Source: Eledone cirrhosa
Taxonomy: Eukaryota
Direction: 5' to 3'
Assembly: GCA_964016885.1 (NCBI GenBank)
Contig: OZ024747.1
Coordinates: forward strand, 43,028,001 to 43,092,000
DNA: 64,000 nucleotides
Each line of letters begins with the position of its first letter. The first letter of the stretch is position 1. Shown piece after piece: positions 1-61,524 of the stretch. Below the pieces are notes generated by a model, which ran no database searches, was not told where the DNA came from, and saw nothing but the letters and a program-made list of their open reading frames with translations. A program made the position numbers and the translations under genes.

Positions 1-264
1 CCTTTCACTTTTCTGGGGTTGATTAAATAAATTAGTATCAGTCATATAACTAACTATGTTATGGCCTTGTGCCAATGTAAAAAATTATTCAAGGGCAGTG
101 GATTAGCAGAATCATTAAAGCATCAAACGTAATGTTTTGCAGTATTTTGTTATAACTTTCTGCATTCTGATTCTAAGATCAAATTCCACCGAGGTCAACT
201 TTCTTTTTCATCCTCCTAGAGTTGATAAAATAAAGTACCAGCTAAGTACTGGGGTGATAAAACC

Positions 265-470
265 ATTAGAGTGTCAGATAAAACTGTTAGTGTGTCAGAT
301 AAAGCTGTTAGTGTGTCAGATAAAACTGTTACTGTCAGATAAAACTGTTAGTATGTCAGATAAAACTGTTAAAGTGACAGATAAAACTGTTAGTGTGTCA
401 GATAAAACTGCTAATGTCAGATAAAACTGTTAAAGTGACAGATAAAACTGTTAGAGTGTCAGATAAAATA
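265..470. repeat. 21-bp minisatellite
   Basis: About 10 copies of GTCAGATAAAACTGTTAGTGT; explains ORF 137-424. Confidence 0.9.
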
Positions 471-2556
471 GTTTGCAGTGTTTAGTTACAGCCTTTTAAT
501 TTTTGAGTTCAAATCTTGTCAAGATCAGCTTTGCTTTTCATATTTTTGGGGTCAATAAAATAGATAAAATTTGAAGCATCATCATTTTTCATAATTTTAT
601 GTCTGCTAATCCATGCTTGTATGTACATCCCAAAGCATGTGACCATAATGATATTGAATCGCTATAAATAATAGCTGAGAAAAGAAATACAATATCAGTG
701 AAGTACTGCAGAGGATTTATATTTACATAATGCATCCTAGATGTAAAAGGAATTAAGATAGAAGACAAAGGAATCATAAATCATTTCAGTTTTTCTCTGA
801 CAATGACATAGTGAAACATGGAGAATAAAGGGCAGATAACCTGTCTTAGTTGATTGAGATAAGCGTGATTTGTTGAATGATTTGTGTAATATTGAATGCT
901 TAAGAGAGATATAATGAGGTGGGGTGTTAATGGAGTGGGCAGTATTGGGGTGGGTAATCAGTGAGTTGACTGGTGGTGGTGTGGTGCAGGAAGGAATGTC
1001 AAATAATGGAAGAATATTGAAAAGCAGTTTCAGCTCATATGTTGATGGGATATAAGATGATTGAGTGGGCAGGGTGAAGAAGTGTCATTAGATAATTGAA
1101 GATGATAACAGCTAATAAAGGATCAATAACCACCATCTATCTCATCTCAATTCTAGGACTTTAGTGTGTTGTTGTTGTTGTTGTAAAGGTAGCTAATTGA
1201 CAAAGTTGTTAGAATCTAAATTAGAATGTCTTGTGGTATTTGTTCTGGATCTTGGCATTCTGGGTTCAAATTTTACTTAGGTAAACGTTGTCTTTCATTT
1301 TTTGGGGGTTGGTAAATAAAGTAGCAGCTATGAGTGGTAGATTGGCAAAGTTATTAGAGTATCAGATGAAATGCTTTGCAGTATCTATTCCAAACTCTTT
1401 GTGCTAATGGTAGGAAATGTGTCCACTAGAACCTGGCTAATAGTGGCAGGTCTCTGATATCACATGGAGACAAATGTTTATTGGAGGAAATTAATAGTTG
1501 CATTAATAAAAACAAAAAGATGCTCCACAAAATTGGAAAAATTCTTGTTGTTGTTTAACTCCACGTCAATCCAGATAGATGACCATTGGCTTTCCAATTA
1601 TGATCATCATAACTTTTTTCCAGGCAAAGAGTATCTAGGACTTCATTATGCAATATGCCCTTCCCTTTTTTAAAGACAGCAGGTGTGATATAATAGAGTA
1701 TTGGTACCTATTCTAGCATGTGGTATGATCACATAGAAACTCCCTTTTCGGTTTGAGGACAAAGTGATGAGTGTCCTGGGTGTATGACATATGTGGTGGG
1801 ATTTAACAGGGTGATGTGAGGCAGAAATGGTACAGAAGTGATCTTGAATAGAGTGGAACAATACAGTAATGATGAGAATATTTACTAAATACCAATGATG
1901 GAGGGATTGGGTTATGGATAAGCAGGAGGTCACATCTATTACATGGTTGCGACAGAGTAATGTAGGAAGGATAGTGATGAGGGGGTTTTCCTATAAGGAG
2001 TATTCCTTACTGAAGAGTGATGGTGGAGGGAGGTAGGTATGAACAGGCATACTGGGATCATGTTTTCAAACTAGTAGGTGGGTCTTCTACTATTTATACC
2101 CCCCCCCCCTCGTCATGATCATGATGATCATCATCATCTTTTAATGTCCATTTTCCCAGCAAGGATTGGACAGGTCTTCACAGATGAAGTCTGTACACAA
2201 GTAGAGCAACTGACTTCCCAGGTGGGCTGGGGCCCTGAATCTTGCTTACATATAAGTCCACATTTACATACATTCCCACATTCTACCGAATGTATTGTAT
2301 TGTGGCACCAACACTATGGAAATTGTCATGTCCTTGTCAGAGCTGAAGTGTCCCCCTGATCCTTTGTTTGGCAAATTTTCTCTGCTTTTCCCATCCCCAA
2401 TCATTTATTGTATAAATCACTAACACTGAAGAGGTTGCCATGCCCATGACACAACACTCCTCTTGACTCTTTTGGCATATTTTCAGCAGTGGGAAGTTCT
2501 TCCCATTGCCAATCCCTTACTGGGTATACCGGTTGCTCTCTCCAGTTTTCATGCAC

Positions 2557-2590
<34 letters not shown>

Positions 2591-3535
2591 GTTAACATCC
2601 ATTTTCCACACTAACATGGGTATATTTTGCAATCAGTGCACAAAAGCAATTAATGTGCACACAAATGGTTAGTTACCTAAAATAATATAGTAATTAATAA
2701 TTATCAATCATTATACTTAATATACATTCAGTACACACGTACTTCCATCACAGAAAAATTTTGGAAGCATAATATTTTTTGCACAGAGAGGAAACATCGA
2801 TTGAAACCAGATAGATTACAATCAGTTATGGAACACTGCCCAGGAAGGGTCTGACTCTTTGAAGCTGAAAATCAGAAGCATTTGCAGGATGTTATATTGC
2901 ACAATTAGTCCAGTTATTTCCAAGGTCAAAAATATATTTATCTAAAGGGAAATTTTCCTTTCCTTTTCTTCTTATTAAGAAAAGTTATTTATGTTTTAAA
3001 TTGGAAAGTGGAAACGGTTTTTGTGCCAAAGGTATAAGCCATTGTATCTAATAAAATATAAGTAAATTTATCTAGTTACTTAAAGTATATAAGCATCTAT
3101 CAATTTATGTTTTATAAATTACAAAATTGATTGAGAGTTTTATTGTATACTGTTGTTGTTGTTTAGCCCCAGAGATGTTAGAATGTCAGATAGATTGCTT
3201 TGTGGTATTCATTCCAGCTCTCTATGTTCTGAGTTCAAATCCTGCATAGTCAACTTTGCTTTTCATCTTTTCAAGATCAATAAGAAAAAAGTACCGGTCA
3301 TGAACTGGAGTTAATTCTTCTTCTATATCTCTCTTTTACTTCCTTTTTATCATCCTCTCTCCATCTCAGGAAGAAATTGGCTCTTTTCAGACCTACAGAG
3401 GGGATGTGCGCTATAGGTTAGATATCTGTAAGATATGCTGGTGTCACTGTGACACCCCTGTGATTCCAGGAGTTACAGGTCCATTCATACATACTCAATA
3501 AGCTACCAATTTTAATTTTCTTTCTTTTTTTTTAG

Positions 3536-50345
<46,810 letters not shown>

Positions 50346-50510
50346 TTGGCATTTTATTGAATTTGTTTTACATACCCAACTCTTTGAAAAAAAAAAAAAA
50401 AATGAGTGAGATATAGACTGAGGTATATCTTATGAGAATATCTTATATCCAACTGTAACAATATCTTTATGTTAGATGTATTTCAGAGTTAACATGACAC
50501 TCATCCTGAA

Positions 50511-50516
50511 AATAAA
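50511..50516 (+). terminator. Candidate polyadenylation signal
   Basis: AATAAA about 165 nt after the stop codon. Confidence 0.5.
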
Positions 50517-50965
50517 AGCATTTTCACGACTTTGCAATATTCCTTATAATTTTTATTGCTTCGGTTAAAGAGTTTTGAAGTCTGAGAGTGTCCAGTGTAT
50601 GTATTTATATACATACATAAATACACACACATACTATGTATATGTAGCCAATTTCTTGGACTCTTCAAGTGCCAAGAAGATAAAGTTAAGATAAAGAATG
50701 ATGTGCTCATGCTCCGAGATGCTATAAAATAGCTATTTGTCATGTCACAAGCATGACTACCATTATAGGGTGGACTAGGTGCTTTTTTGTCATGTCACCA
50801 GCATGACCACCTTACAGGGTTTATATATAATAATAATAATAATGATAATAATAATAAAATTATTGTGTACAGTGCTCAGCTGCACTACAACTCATCAAAT
50901 GTGCATGTATAGTACATAAAATAGTGTACTAATGTCAGGAAAATGAACAGTGTATGAGTCATGAT

Positions 50966-50996
<31 letters not shown>

Positions 50997-51472
50997 TGAA
51001 ATATTGTGTACAGTGCCCAGGTTCACCACAACTCATCAAAAAGTGCATGTACAGTACATAGGGCAATGCACAAACAGCAGTAAAATGAACAGTGCACGAG
51101 TCATGATACACACATGTGTGCATGTGTATGGAAGGGGTACATCAGGTGTAGTTTTGGCGTATTTCGGGATGTGTATATATATACATACACATGTATATAT
51201 ATAAAAGTTATTCCTACATATACTGGTGGCCAGTAGTGGTCAGTAAGAGTCAATACAATATATGTTGGTACCACAACATCCAGTCCTAAACAAATGAGGT
51301 CGTGTAGGTGTCACGACAAAAAAAAAAAAACGCGACACAACAAAGGATTTATATATATGGAGGCACATGGCTTAGTGGTTACAGCATTGGCCTTGCAGTC
51401 GAAAGGTTGTGTATATATATATATATATATAATGTGTATGTATATATATATATATAATAATAATATATATAT

Positions 51473-51810
51473 TCATTTCATTCATTTATGTCCGCTTTTT
51501 CCCTGCTTGCAAGGGTGGGACGGGAACTGATTCTGGCTTGATTTCTACAGCTGGATGCCCTTCCTAACACCAACCTCATTTACAGTGAGTGCTGGGTGCT
51601 TTTTTTTGCCGTGGCACCTCCACGACCACTATACAGTGGAATGATAGGGACCCCAGTCCCTATCATCTCATTTCTACAGCTGAGTAAACTGGAGCAATGT
51701 GAAATAAAGTGTCTTGCTCAAGGAAACAACACATCACCCGGTCTGAGAATTGAACTCACAACCTTTCGATTGCAAGGCCAATGCTCTAACCACTAAGCCA
51801 TGTGCCTCCA
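51473..51810 (-). mobile_element. SINE family 1
   Basis: Full copy with RTE-type tail. Confidence 0.88.
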
Positions 51811-52363
51811 TATATATATACAAATTTTAGTACACCATAAACAAAGCTTTAGTTTGCGGCCAAGCTAACGAATGCAAATTTGGTATGTAGCTTTAGCACT
51901 CGGATGGGGATAGTACCCCAGAGTAATAACGATACGTTTAGACAGCTTAGCAAATCAAATATAGCGATCGGCAGTCCAGTCGCATTACCACAGCGACGAA
52001 AATACAGGACTCAGGAAAAGATTTTAGACTGACCTGGACAGAATGGTGGGACCGAATGGAATATATAATTGTTTCTACTTTTGGCACAAGGCCAGCAATT
52101 ATTCCAGTGTATTACTGGTACTTTATTTTATCGACCCCCGTAAGGATGAAAGTTAACCGTAAGGATGAAAGTTAACCTCGGCAGGATTTGAACTCAGACC
52201 ATATAATGGAATATATAATGCATATCGTATAGCACACGACATACATCACATACAGCACACAATATCAGCATTAGGTTTCTGCAAATCCAAGATCGACAAA
52301 TTCCACTTGCAGGAGTCTGCAAATTAATGGTTTTTGGCGACACAACAAAGGATTTATATATAT

Positions 52364-52705
52364 GGAGGCACATGGCTTAGTGGTTACAGCATTGGCCTTG
52401 CAGTCGAAAGGTTGTAAGTTCAATTCTCAGACCGGGTGATGTGTTGTTTCCTTGAGCAAGACACTTTATTTCACATTGCTCCAGTTTACTCAGCTGTAGA
52501 AATGAGATGATAGGGACTTGGGTCCATATCATTCCACTGCAAAGTGGTCGTGGAGGTGCCACGGCAAAAAAGCACCCAGCACTCACTGTAAATGAGGTTG
52601 GTGTTAGGAAGAGCATCCAGCTGTAGAAATCAAGCCAGAATCAGTTCCCGTCCCACCCTTGCAAGCAGGGAAAAGCGGACGTAAAATGATGATGATGATG
52701 ATGAT
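52364..52705 (+). mobile_element. SINE family 1
   Basis: Full copy with RTE-type tail. Confidence 0.88.
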
Positions 52706-53471
52706 ACATATATATATATATATACACGTATATCAAAAGTATATATTGAGTTAAAAACTCAAAAAGTCCCCTATAATAAAAATAGCTCAAGGAGAAAACA
52801 TTTTTCTGAGCCTTATAATACTATAAAGAGAGACGAACATTGATATATAGCTATATGTGTTCAAATCACAAGGGACAGAGACTGCCAATATATATATACA
52901 CATTTATTTAAATAGCTCTGTTCTATACATAGAGCACACTTTTTTCCTTTGCTTTTTCTTCGGAATTACCTAACATATATACACACATATATATATCATC
53001 ATCATCATGATCGTTTAACGTCTATCTTCCACACTAGCATGGATTTAGACGGGAATTGTCCCACTTGAGGCAAGATTGGTCGTCTTGCTCGTGTAGGACT
53101 ATCTGGCAGGTTTTCTATGGCTGGATGCCCTTCCTAGCACCAACCACGTTTACAGTGTGGACTGGGAGGTTTTTATCGTGTTACCTACACGGCCACATTA
53201 CAGCGTGGACTGTGTTTTTTTTTTTGTCATGATACCTACACGACCTCATTTATTTAGGACTGGATGTTGTGGTACGAACATATATTGTATTGACTCTTAC
53301 TGACCACTACTGGCCACCAGTATATGTAGGAATAACTTTTATTTACTGTTACAGAATACTAGTCAGTATTAATTGTTGTCTTTTAGATGTTCAACTGTAT
53401 GTTGTTTGAAAAAAAGTATTTTAACCACTACATAACTCTATTGATCAGTTAAGAACAGACACACTGTATCC

Positions 53472-53556
<85 letters not shown>

Positions 53557-53558
53557 TG

Positions 53559-53590
<32 letters not shown>

Positions 53591-53615
53591 AAAAGAGAAA
53601 GAGAGATAGAGAGAG

Positions 53616-53663
<48 letters not shown>

Positions 53664-54899
53664 GGGGGAGAGGGAGAGATAAATAGACAGACAAACAGAT
53701 TGATAGATAGATAGGTATATGTATTTGTGTGTGTATGTGTATATTTATTTGTGCTTTTGTAACCTTGCTACCTCCAACTTTATGCCAACTGCAGTCAACC
53801 GAAAGACAAATGATCAAATAATTGTTTCTACTATTGGCACAAGGCCAGAAATTACCCAGTACATTACTGGTACTTTATTTTATCGACCCCGTAAGGATGA
53901 AAGGCAAAGTTAACCTCGGCGGGATTTGAACTCAGAATGGCAAGGGCCGTAACTCTATGCGTCAAAGCATGGCGTCCGACCCTCTACCGATACTGCCAAT
54001 CCACCAAGAACGAGGTACAAGTGAATCCAAACGCTCAGTGTAGAGCAATACATTAACATTAATGAGAATTATATTTTTAAAAATGTGTATACCTTCTATT
54101 AAAGAAAAACTCCATATTAAATTTGGTATGCCTAAATATTGATGATAGTGTGGTGTGGATAATAATTGTTTCTACTATAGGCACAAGACCAGCAATTTGA
54201 AGGGGAGGAGAATGTCGATCAAATCGACCCCAGTATATCACTGGTGCTTTATTTATCGACCCTGTAAGGATGAAAGACAAAGCTAACCTCGGCAGGATTT
54301 GAACTCAGAATGTAAAGAACTCTAACAGGAATACTCAGTAATTTCCACTCTAATGATACGAGCGTGTGCAGTGTAGGAAAACGCTCTCTGCTGAACCTCA
54401 GGCACATGCCACCTTGTTGTCTCCAGTGGACAAAATAGAGATGATAGTGAGGGAGACACATTGACATAGACATTCCAACTCATGGAGCTCTCTCATTCGG
54501 GAAAAACTCCTATATCCAAATGTAAAATTCTAAATTTCTAGCAATAATCTCGAATTTCTCTGTAAAATGTATACAGGGGAAACAACTCTGTAATTTTTTT
54601 ATTTAAAGTTACGTCCCCTACATTATGTTTTTTAATATCGACACATCTTTTTAATTTCATTAAGCCGGCAGCCACGTATACAAGTAAATATGAAAAAGAA
54701 AGATAAAAACAAAATTAAGTAATGAGTAAAAGGAGAAAGGGTAAAGAAGGACAGATTAAGCTGTATGGGAAAGTAGAGGAAAGGGCTCTAAATGCTACAA
54801 ACGAGAGGAAAAGGAGGGAAGATGGAAAGACTTTTGGGCCACAGAAGAAAGGGAGGGGAAAGGGGAGAGGGTGATGGGTTCTTGCCCTAGGGCGGGGCA

Positions 54900-55115
54900 G
54901 TGTTTGGGCTACGTCCCACGGACAAAAATGCAATAGCATTTCTGCAGAAAATGGCCACTCCACCTCACGAGGCTCCTTCCACAGTTGGGCTGCTGACATT
55001 TTGATTTTGTGGAGGAACTCAGCAGTACAGGGTCCAAGAACGCCTGAGGTCTCCACGGTGACTGGTGCAAGTGGCCAGACTAAACCTGGTCTTCTGCATT
55101 GCAGGCTGCAGTACC
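54900..55115 (-). mobile_element. Possible CRE-clade restriction-like endonuclease remnant
   Basis: PVTVETSGVLGP..AEFL.KI...EPRE resembles the recalled ET.G..G...FL motif. Confidence 0.45.
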
Positions 55116-55577
55116 GGGGTTGATTTTACATTTCACTCCACCAATAGTGGTGAAGTAGACACTAATAGCATATACTGTCAATCAATTCTATCGACCCTGT
55201 CCGTCTCATATAAATCAGTAATCTTGTACTAAAGTTAGAAATAGGTATATTATATTATATTTTGCTGGAAACGATTTTCTGATAAAGCCATTTCAACCAC
55301 CTCTTATGAAATTTAATCCTCATGATTCTAACCTGTCCAAAACGGCCCCTGTTTCTATGAGACAGAGCTAGCCATTTTAAAGTGTTTCTATTTAAATTAA
55401 AATCTTTCAATATAATTTGATACAAGAACCTTTTTTTAAGTTATGTTACAAATACCACATCAATAATCAAACAATTAAGAATTTTAGTAAAACCCTCTAA
55501 ATTCTTCATTAATTAATTGAAATATGGTCATAAAAGAATTAAACAGTATTTCAACTATGATAATGTAGATTTCTTTC

Positions 55578-55630
55578 ACCAAAAAAAGAGATGGCACAAT
55601 CATCATCATCATCATCTTCATCACCATCGC

Positions 55631-55711
<81 letters not shown>

Positions 55712-55743
55712 CACCACCATCATTAAAATCATCATCATCATCG
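55578..55743. repeat. (CAT)n microsatellite
   Basis: About 50 CAT-like units. Confidence 0.95.
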
Positions 55744-56177
55744 TTTTTACTTCAACTTTTTCCTGAGTTGGACAGGACTTTTTGAGGTAATGTTTTACAT
55801 CCAGATGCCTTTCCTGACACTATCTCTTTCAGTCATTTCTTATGACACACATGGATATGGTGTACCTATTCTAAACTCAACACACAGTATATATAGTTTT
55901 GTTTCACTAAATAAGAGATGGTACACTATTAGTAAAGTTTTGGTTAAATTGAATTTAAGCTATAGCTTGTTCTGTGAGTAGCCACCATTACCAGTGATGG
56001 ACAAAAATACAGAAGCACATGTCAGGATTTCTCACTGAGATAGCTGTGACATGATCACAGCTTAAAACATTCATAGCAAGGCTTATATATTTTTTATTAT
56101 ACATAAACATATCGTATGCCTTCCTTTACATCTCTATTAAAATTAAACATCATGTGATTATTAAATAGAATGTACTC

Positions 56178-59100
56178 CTGGGTGAGAATTGACAAAGGCT
56201 GGGTGGAGTAGGAATTATGTTAGCAGAAAAATGGGTAGATAAGGTAATTGACGTAAATAGAGTGAACGACAGAATAATTGAAATAAGACTTGTCCTAAAT
56301 AGAACTACTGTGACAATAATATCTGCTTATGCACCCCAATCTGGCCTACCTGACCTTATAAAAGACAAGTTCTATGAGTCGCTAATGTTCACTACCTCCC
56401 AAATAACCAACAGTGACTGCATAATTATTGCTGGCAACCTAAATGGTCATGTTGGACAACATTGTGATGGCTATGATGGAAACCATGGAGGCTATGGGTT
56501 TGGTACTAGAAATGAGGAAGGCTTCAGAATCCTGTAAGAATTCTGTGATGCTAATAACCTAACTATCTGTAAAACAAACTTTAAAAAAATGAGACAATCA
56601 CTTGATCACCTATTGATCAGGGGAACACGCCAACTAGATAGATTATATCCTTACCAGAAGACATGACAAAGTGTCAGTTGTAAACACTAAATCCCTCCCC
56701 CGTGAAGAATCCACCTCGCAACATAGCTTAGTAGTTAGTGACCTCATAGTCAGGACTAGACGTACTCAACTACAGAGGAGGACTACCCTGAGGAGAAGAA
56801 TATGGCAGTTGAAGGACCACACTGCCAGTAACAAATTTAAAAGCATATTACTTGATGCTTTTGACAGTAAGGAAGAGCAATTAGAGACGTACAATATAGA
56901 GGAACAATGGGAATTCCTGAAAGTTAACCTGCTGAAGGCAACAGATGAAATCTGTGGCTGGAGCAGACCTATAGGCAGGAGAAGAGTAACTTGGTCATGG
57001 AACAGTAAGGTGGAGGAGACAATCAAGTCCATAAAGCAGGCTTGGAAAGTATGGTGGGATGGAGGAAGTATAGAGCACTATCAAGTGGCCAGGAGAGAAG
57101 GTAGGAGACAAGTATACTTTGCAAGAAGGGAAGCAGAGGATAGAAAGTTCAAGCATGTTCAGGATTGCAAGACAATGTGCCAAGGAAAACCATGATATTG
57201 TCGGGGAGAAGTGTGTCCGTAATGATGATGGTATACTTGCCGTCACTGATACTGATAAGAAGGTTGCTTGGACGTATCACTACGAGAGACTATTAAATGA
57301 GGAGAATAAATGGGAAAAAGATAGTCTGCCCCAAATCGATCTAATAGAGGGACCAGCAGTGAAAGTTGAAGGTAGTATAAGTAAGGCAATCAAAGATATG
57401 ATGACAGGCAAGGCAGCTGGGCCTTCGGAGACAGTTGCTGAGATGTTGAAAGCATCTGGAATGGTGGGACATACTATGGTCACCCGGATAGTAAACCAAG
57501 TAATACAGAATGGGGTCATACCAAATGACTGGCGTAGCAACATCATCATTAACTGCTACAAGGGTAAAGGTGATGTTCTAGATAGGGGAAACTATAGAGG
57601 CATTAAGTTAGTTGACCAGGTCATGAAGGTCACAGAAAGAGTTATAGCACAACTAATCAGAGATCTAATTGATCTTGATGAAATGCAGTTTGGGTTTGTG
57701 TCAGGTAAAAGTACCACAGACGCTCTTTTCCTTGTACGACAACTACAGGAGAAGTACCTAGCTAAAAGTAAACCCCTCTACTTAGCTTTTGTAGACCTGG
57801 AGAAAGCCTTTGACAGAGTCCCCTGCTCCATTATCTGGTGGGCTCTTAGAAAACTAGGTGTAGATGAATGTCTTGTGAGAGCTATACAAGCCATGTATAA
57901 AGATACAGTCAGCAAGGTTAGAATTAACAATGAATATAGTGAAGAATTTAGCGTAAAAGTTGGTGTTCATCAAGGCTCTGTCCTTAGCCCCTCCTATTTA
58001 TTATTGCTCTTCAGGCTATAACAGAGGAGTTGAAGACCAGCTATCCATGGGAACTTCTATATGCAGATGATCTAACTCTCATAGCTGAGTCTATGGTGGA
58101 ACTAGAGAAGAAATTCCAAACATGGAAGCATGGCCTAGAATCAAAAGGCCTTAAAGTTAACTTGTCAAAGACTAAAGTTCTAGTATGTAGAAAGGAAAAT
58201 AGGGCACAGGTGCCCTCTGGGAAATGGCCATGCTCAGTGTGCAGGAAAGGAGTAGGTAGAAATTCCATTTTATGTCCCAAATGCAAACTATGGGTACATA
58301 AAGATGTAGTGGGATCACAGGTAAGCTATCTAAGAACGTAGATTTCATATGTGGCCGATGCTCAGGCACAATAAGTAGCAAGTACCCACAGGATACTAGC
58401 TCCTTCTATTGCCCAGATGGTTCAATAGAAATAGTGGACTCTCTCCGTTACCTGGGTGACAAAATCAACAGTGGTGAGGGTGCTCTGAAAGTACAGTAGC
58501 CAGAGTCAGAACGGGATGGAAAAGGTTCAGAGAGCTTATACTGCTGTTGGCCACAAAAGGTTTCTCTCTAAAAATGAAAGGCAGATTGTATGATGCCTGT
58601 ATACGAACAACAATGCTACATGGCAGTGAGACCTGGGCATTGTGTGCAGAGGACCTGCGCAGACTGGAAAGGAACGAAGCATGCATGCTCCGTTGGATGT
58701 GTAATAGTAATAAACATGAACGGCAAAACATAAATGAACTAAGTGAGAAATTAGGAATAAGAGGGATCAGATGCTGTTTACTTGGTATGGTCACATGATG
58801 TGCATGAAAGACGACAGCTGCATAAAAAAGTGCAGGGCGATCAAAATTGATGGAAGTTCCGGAGTAGGCAGACCCAGAAAAACTTGGGAAGATTTGATAA
58901 ATTCCGACCTTACACACTTACATCTCTCTAAGACAATGTCACTGGACTGAGATCTTTGGCGCCCACACAGTAATACAGAAGACCCGCCTTGCCTGTGTAC
59001 AAAGCGAAACCTACAGTCAGTAGACACCTCTTAACCAAATATACACCCCAACCCACTACCCCTACTCCATCTGCCCACTCCCACCAACACCACCCTTTCT

Positions 59101-59397
59101 CTGTAAAGTTATGTTGGTACCACATCATCCAGTTGAAATTATGTAGGTGTCATGACAAAAAAAAAAAAACACAGTCCACGCTGTAATGTGGCTGTGTAGG
59201 TAACACGGTAAAAAGCTCCCAGTCCACACTGTAAACATGGTTGGTGTTAGGAAGGGCATCCAGCCATAGAAAACCTGCCAGATAGTCCTACACAAGCGAG
59301 ACACGGTCACCCGACCAATTTTGCCTCAAGTGGGACAATTCCCGTCTAACCCATGCTAGCGTGGAAGATAGACGTTAAACGATGATGATGAAGATGA
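56178..59397 (+). mobile_element. Near full-length, disrupted RTE LINE (APE + RT)
   Basis: ISAYAPQ and G.LNGHVG endonuclease motifs; RT with YADD; multiple stops and frameshifts; 3' UTR and (ATG)n tail. Confidence 0.93.
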
Positions 59398-60504
59398 TTC
59401 AGGATTCCAGATACCCACCTACCCTGGTTTTGAAACTAAAGTGATTCTTCACATAGACATATTGCCAACCACAGCTAATGAGCTCTGTCAACTCGTATTG
59501 GATAGCTATTGACTCTCCTGAGTTCCTCCACTCTTTGATGGGTTTCATTCTTCATCCAACAGGGTGTTTAAAAATCATTTCTCTCACCAAGCAAGCCTCG
59601 TGGGGTTGTCAGTTTAGTAACCAATAACCTGACCATGAGAAAAGTTGTACTGGTTTACATGTTGCCAGTAGTGTTCAAAAACAAATTGATCATCAACCCC
59701 AGTATATTACTGGAATTATTTTATACATCCCTTGGAATATTTCAGCCCAGATTCTAATGAGACTGGCTAATGATATATATCTTTTCAATTGGTTAACCAT
59801 TTTGAGACCATATTTCTAACAAGAATAGACTGGCTTGGTATTTCAATTATCAAAATAATCAAGAATTATGAGAGATTTAATGTAATAACTAATTTTCAAT
59901 TTAATAAAAGACAAATGTAATTGCTGAAATCTAATATTATCTTATATGTCATAATGAAATTTTGGTTCAAATTTTGAATTTAAATTTGAACTCTTTAACC
60001 CTTTCATTACCATATTCCAAATAAATACATGAATAATTTGGAGGGATTTACTAAAATTATTTCATTATTAAGATAGCATTTGTAACATAACATGGTTCTT
60101 ATATAAAATGGAAGTAAAATGATGATGATGGTGGTGGTGGTGATGGTATTTGTGCATAGGTGAACAGACAACAGGGAAAACCACACAGGAGAAAAATACA
60201 ATAAAAGATTATATATATTAGTTTAATGCTTGATATAGTAGACAAAGAGTGAAGTTAATCAGAAGAGAAGAAAAAGAAAAAGAAATAGTAAGAGTAAGAA
60301 AAGAAAGAAAACGTCAGAAAATGTTTTTCATGAAGAAATCCTGTATGTAGTTAGTCAGCCATTTTGGAAGATTACACACACACACACACACTCACACATA
60401 TATATATATTAGTGTGTGTAAAAGGTAAACAGAAATAACAAAACAAACGACACAGTACAGTGAAGAAATATATTAGTTTAACTCTTGAAATAGCAAGAAG
60501 AGAG

Positions 60505-60540
60505 TCTTAACGTTTCAGACACTAGTCCTTCATCAGAAAA
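60505..60540 (-). ncRNA. Ultra-minimal Penelope-type hammerhead-like motif
   Basis: TTTT-CTGATGA-A-GGAC tagt GTCT-GAAA-CG-TT-AAGA; weak stem I. Confidence 0.55.
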
Positions 60541-61312
60541 TAGAGTTAGAAATAGAAGATAGATAGAAAGTAAAGAGTGATGAGAGCACGAGGAAAAAAT
60601 TGGCAGGAAAAAATCACACGTGCATATTCAGTCAGCCATCTTGGATATATATATATGATACTTTTTTCATATACTTGTCTCATTTCTTAAGTAAGATGTT
60701 TTTGATTTGACTGATATTCTCAGATTATTTACAACCACAGCCTTTCAACCATATTTCCTCACTATGTGTTCAGTGACAAGGTTAAGGGAATCAGAATGGC
60801 TAGTGGAGGTAACAGTATAGGTAGGGAAGAGGGGAGCCATAAAACATCAGATATTAGATCATATACAGCAGGCTGTTCTATACAGATGAGAAACCTTGTT
60901 TCAAAACAAGTGATCTTAGTCAAAACTTGTGTGTGTGTGTGTGTGTGCTTATCTGTGTGTGTTTGTATGTGTCTGTGTTTGTGTGGGTTTCCCTGCATAT
61001 CTGTGTATGTGCATCATGTTTGTGTGTTCCAGCATGTGTGTGAATGTGTTTCTATGTGTGGCTGTGTGTGTATTGGTATGTGTCTGCATTCGCTTGTGTG
61101 TGTGTGTGCGTGTGTGCGCATGTGTGCATCTGTGTGCGCGTGTGTGCGTGTGGTTCTGACAGATATGTTTCATTTAATAAATCAGATCACCAAACCACCC
61201 ATATCATCATTGAACCTCTCATTCAACAAGACAGGACACTTTAACATGTCAATCCTGTCAAAACATTCAGTCAAGAAAGTTTTCTTTGCAAAAAATACAA
61301 TAGTAATAAATA

Positions 61313-61352
<40 letters not shown>

Positions 61353-61524
61353 CAGATACATAACCCAAACCCCAGGACTTACAAATATATACAACATATA
61401 AAAGATAGCGCTACTAGGCACTGCACACACATTATGAAAAGTACTATCAATACAATAGAAACAACATCAGCAAAGACTACACTGCACATATCCAAGGCAC
61501 ACAGAGCTGTGCTCAGTAAAGAAA

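Noticed and set aside
265-470. Regular repeats resembling CRISPR
   Set aside because: No unique spacers, eukaryotic context, no cas genes.
1-3535. Search for the EFHC1 first exon (LPFLPG-like) and promoter
   Set aside because: No convincing match by eye; probably upstream of the window.
55484-55785. Poly-His/Met/Ser ORFs
   Set aside because: (CAT)n microsatellite.
60766-61401. 211-aa Cys/Val-rich ORF
   Set aside because: Degenerate (TG)n repeat; no domain.
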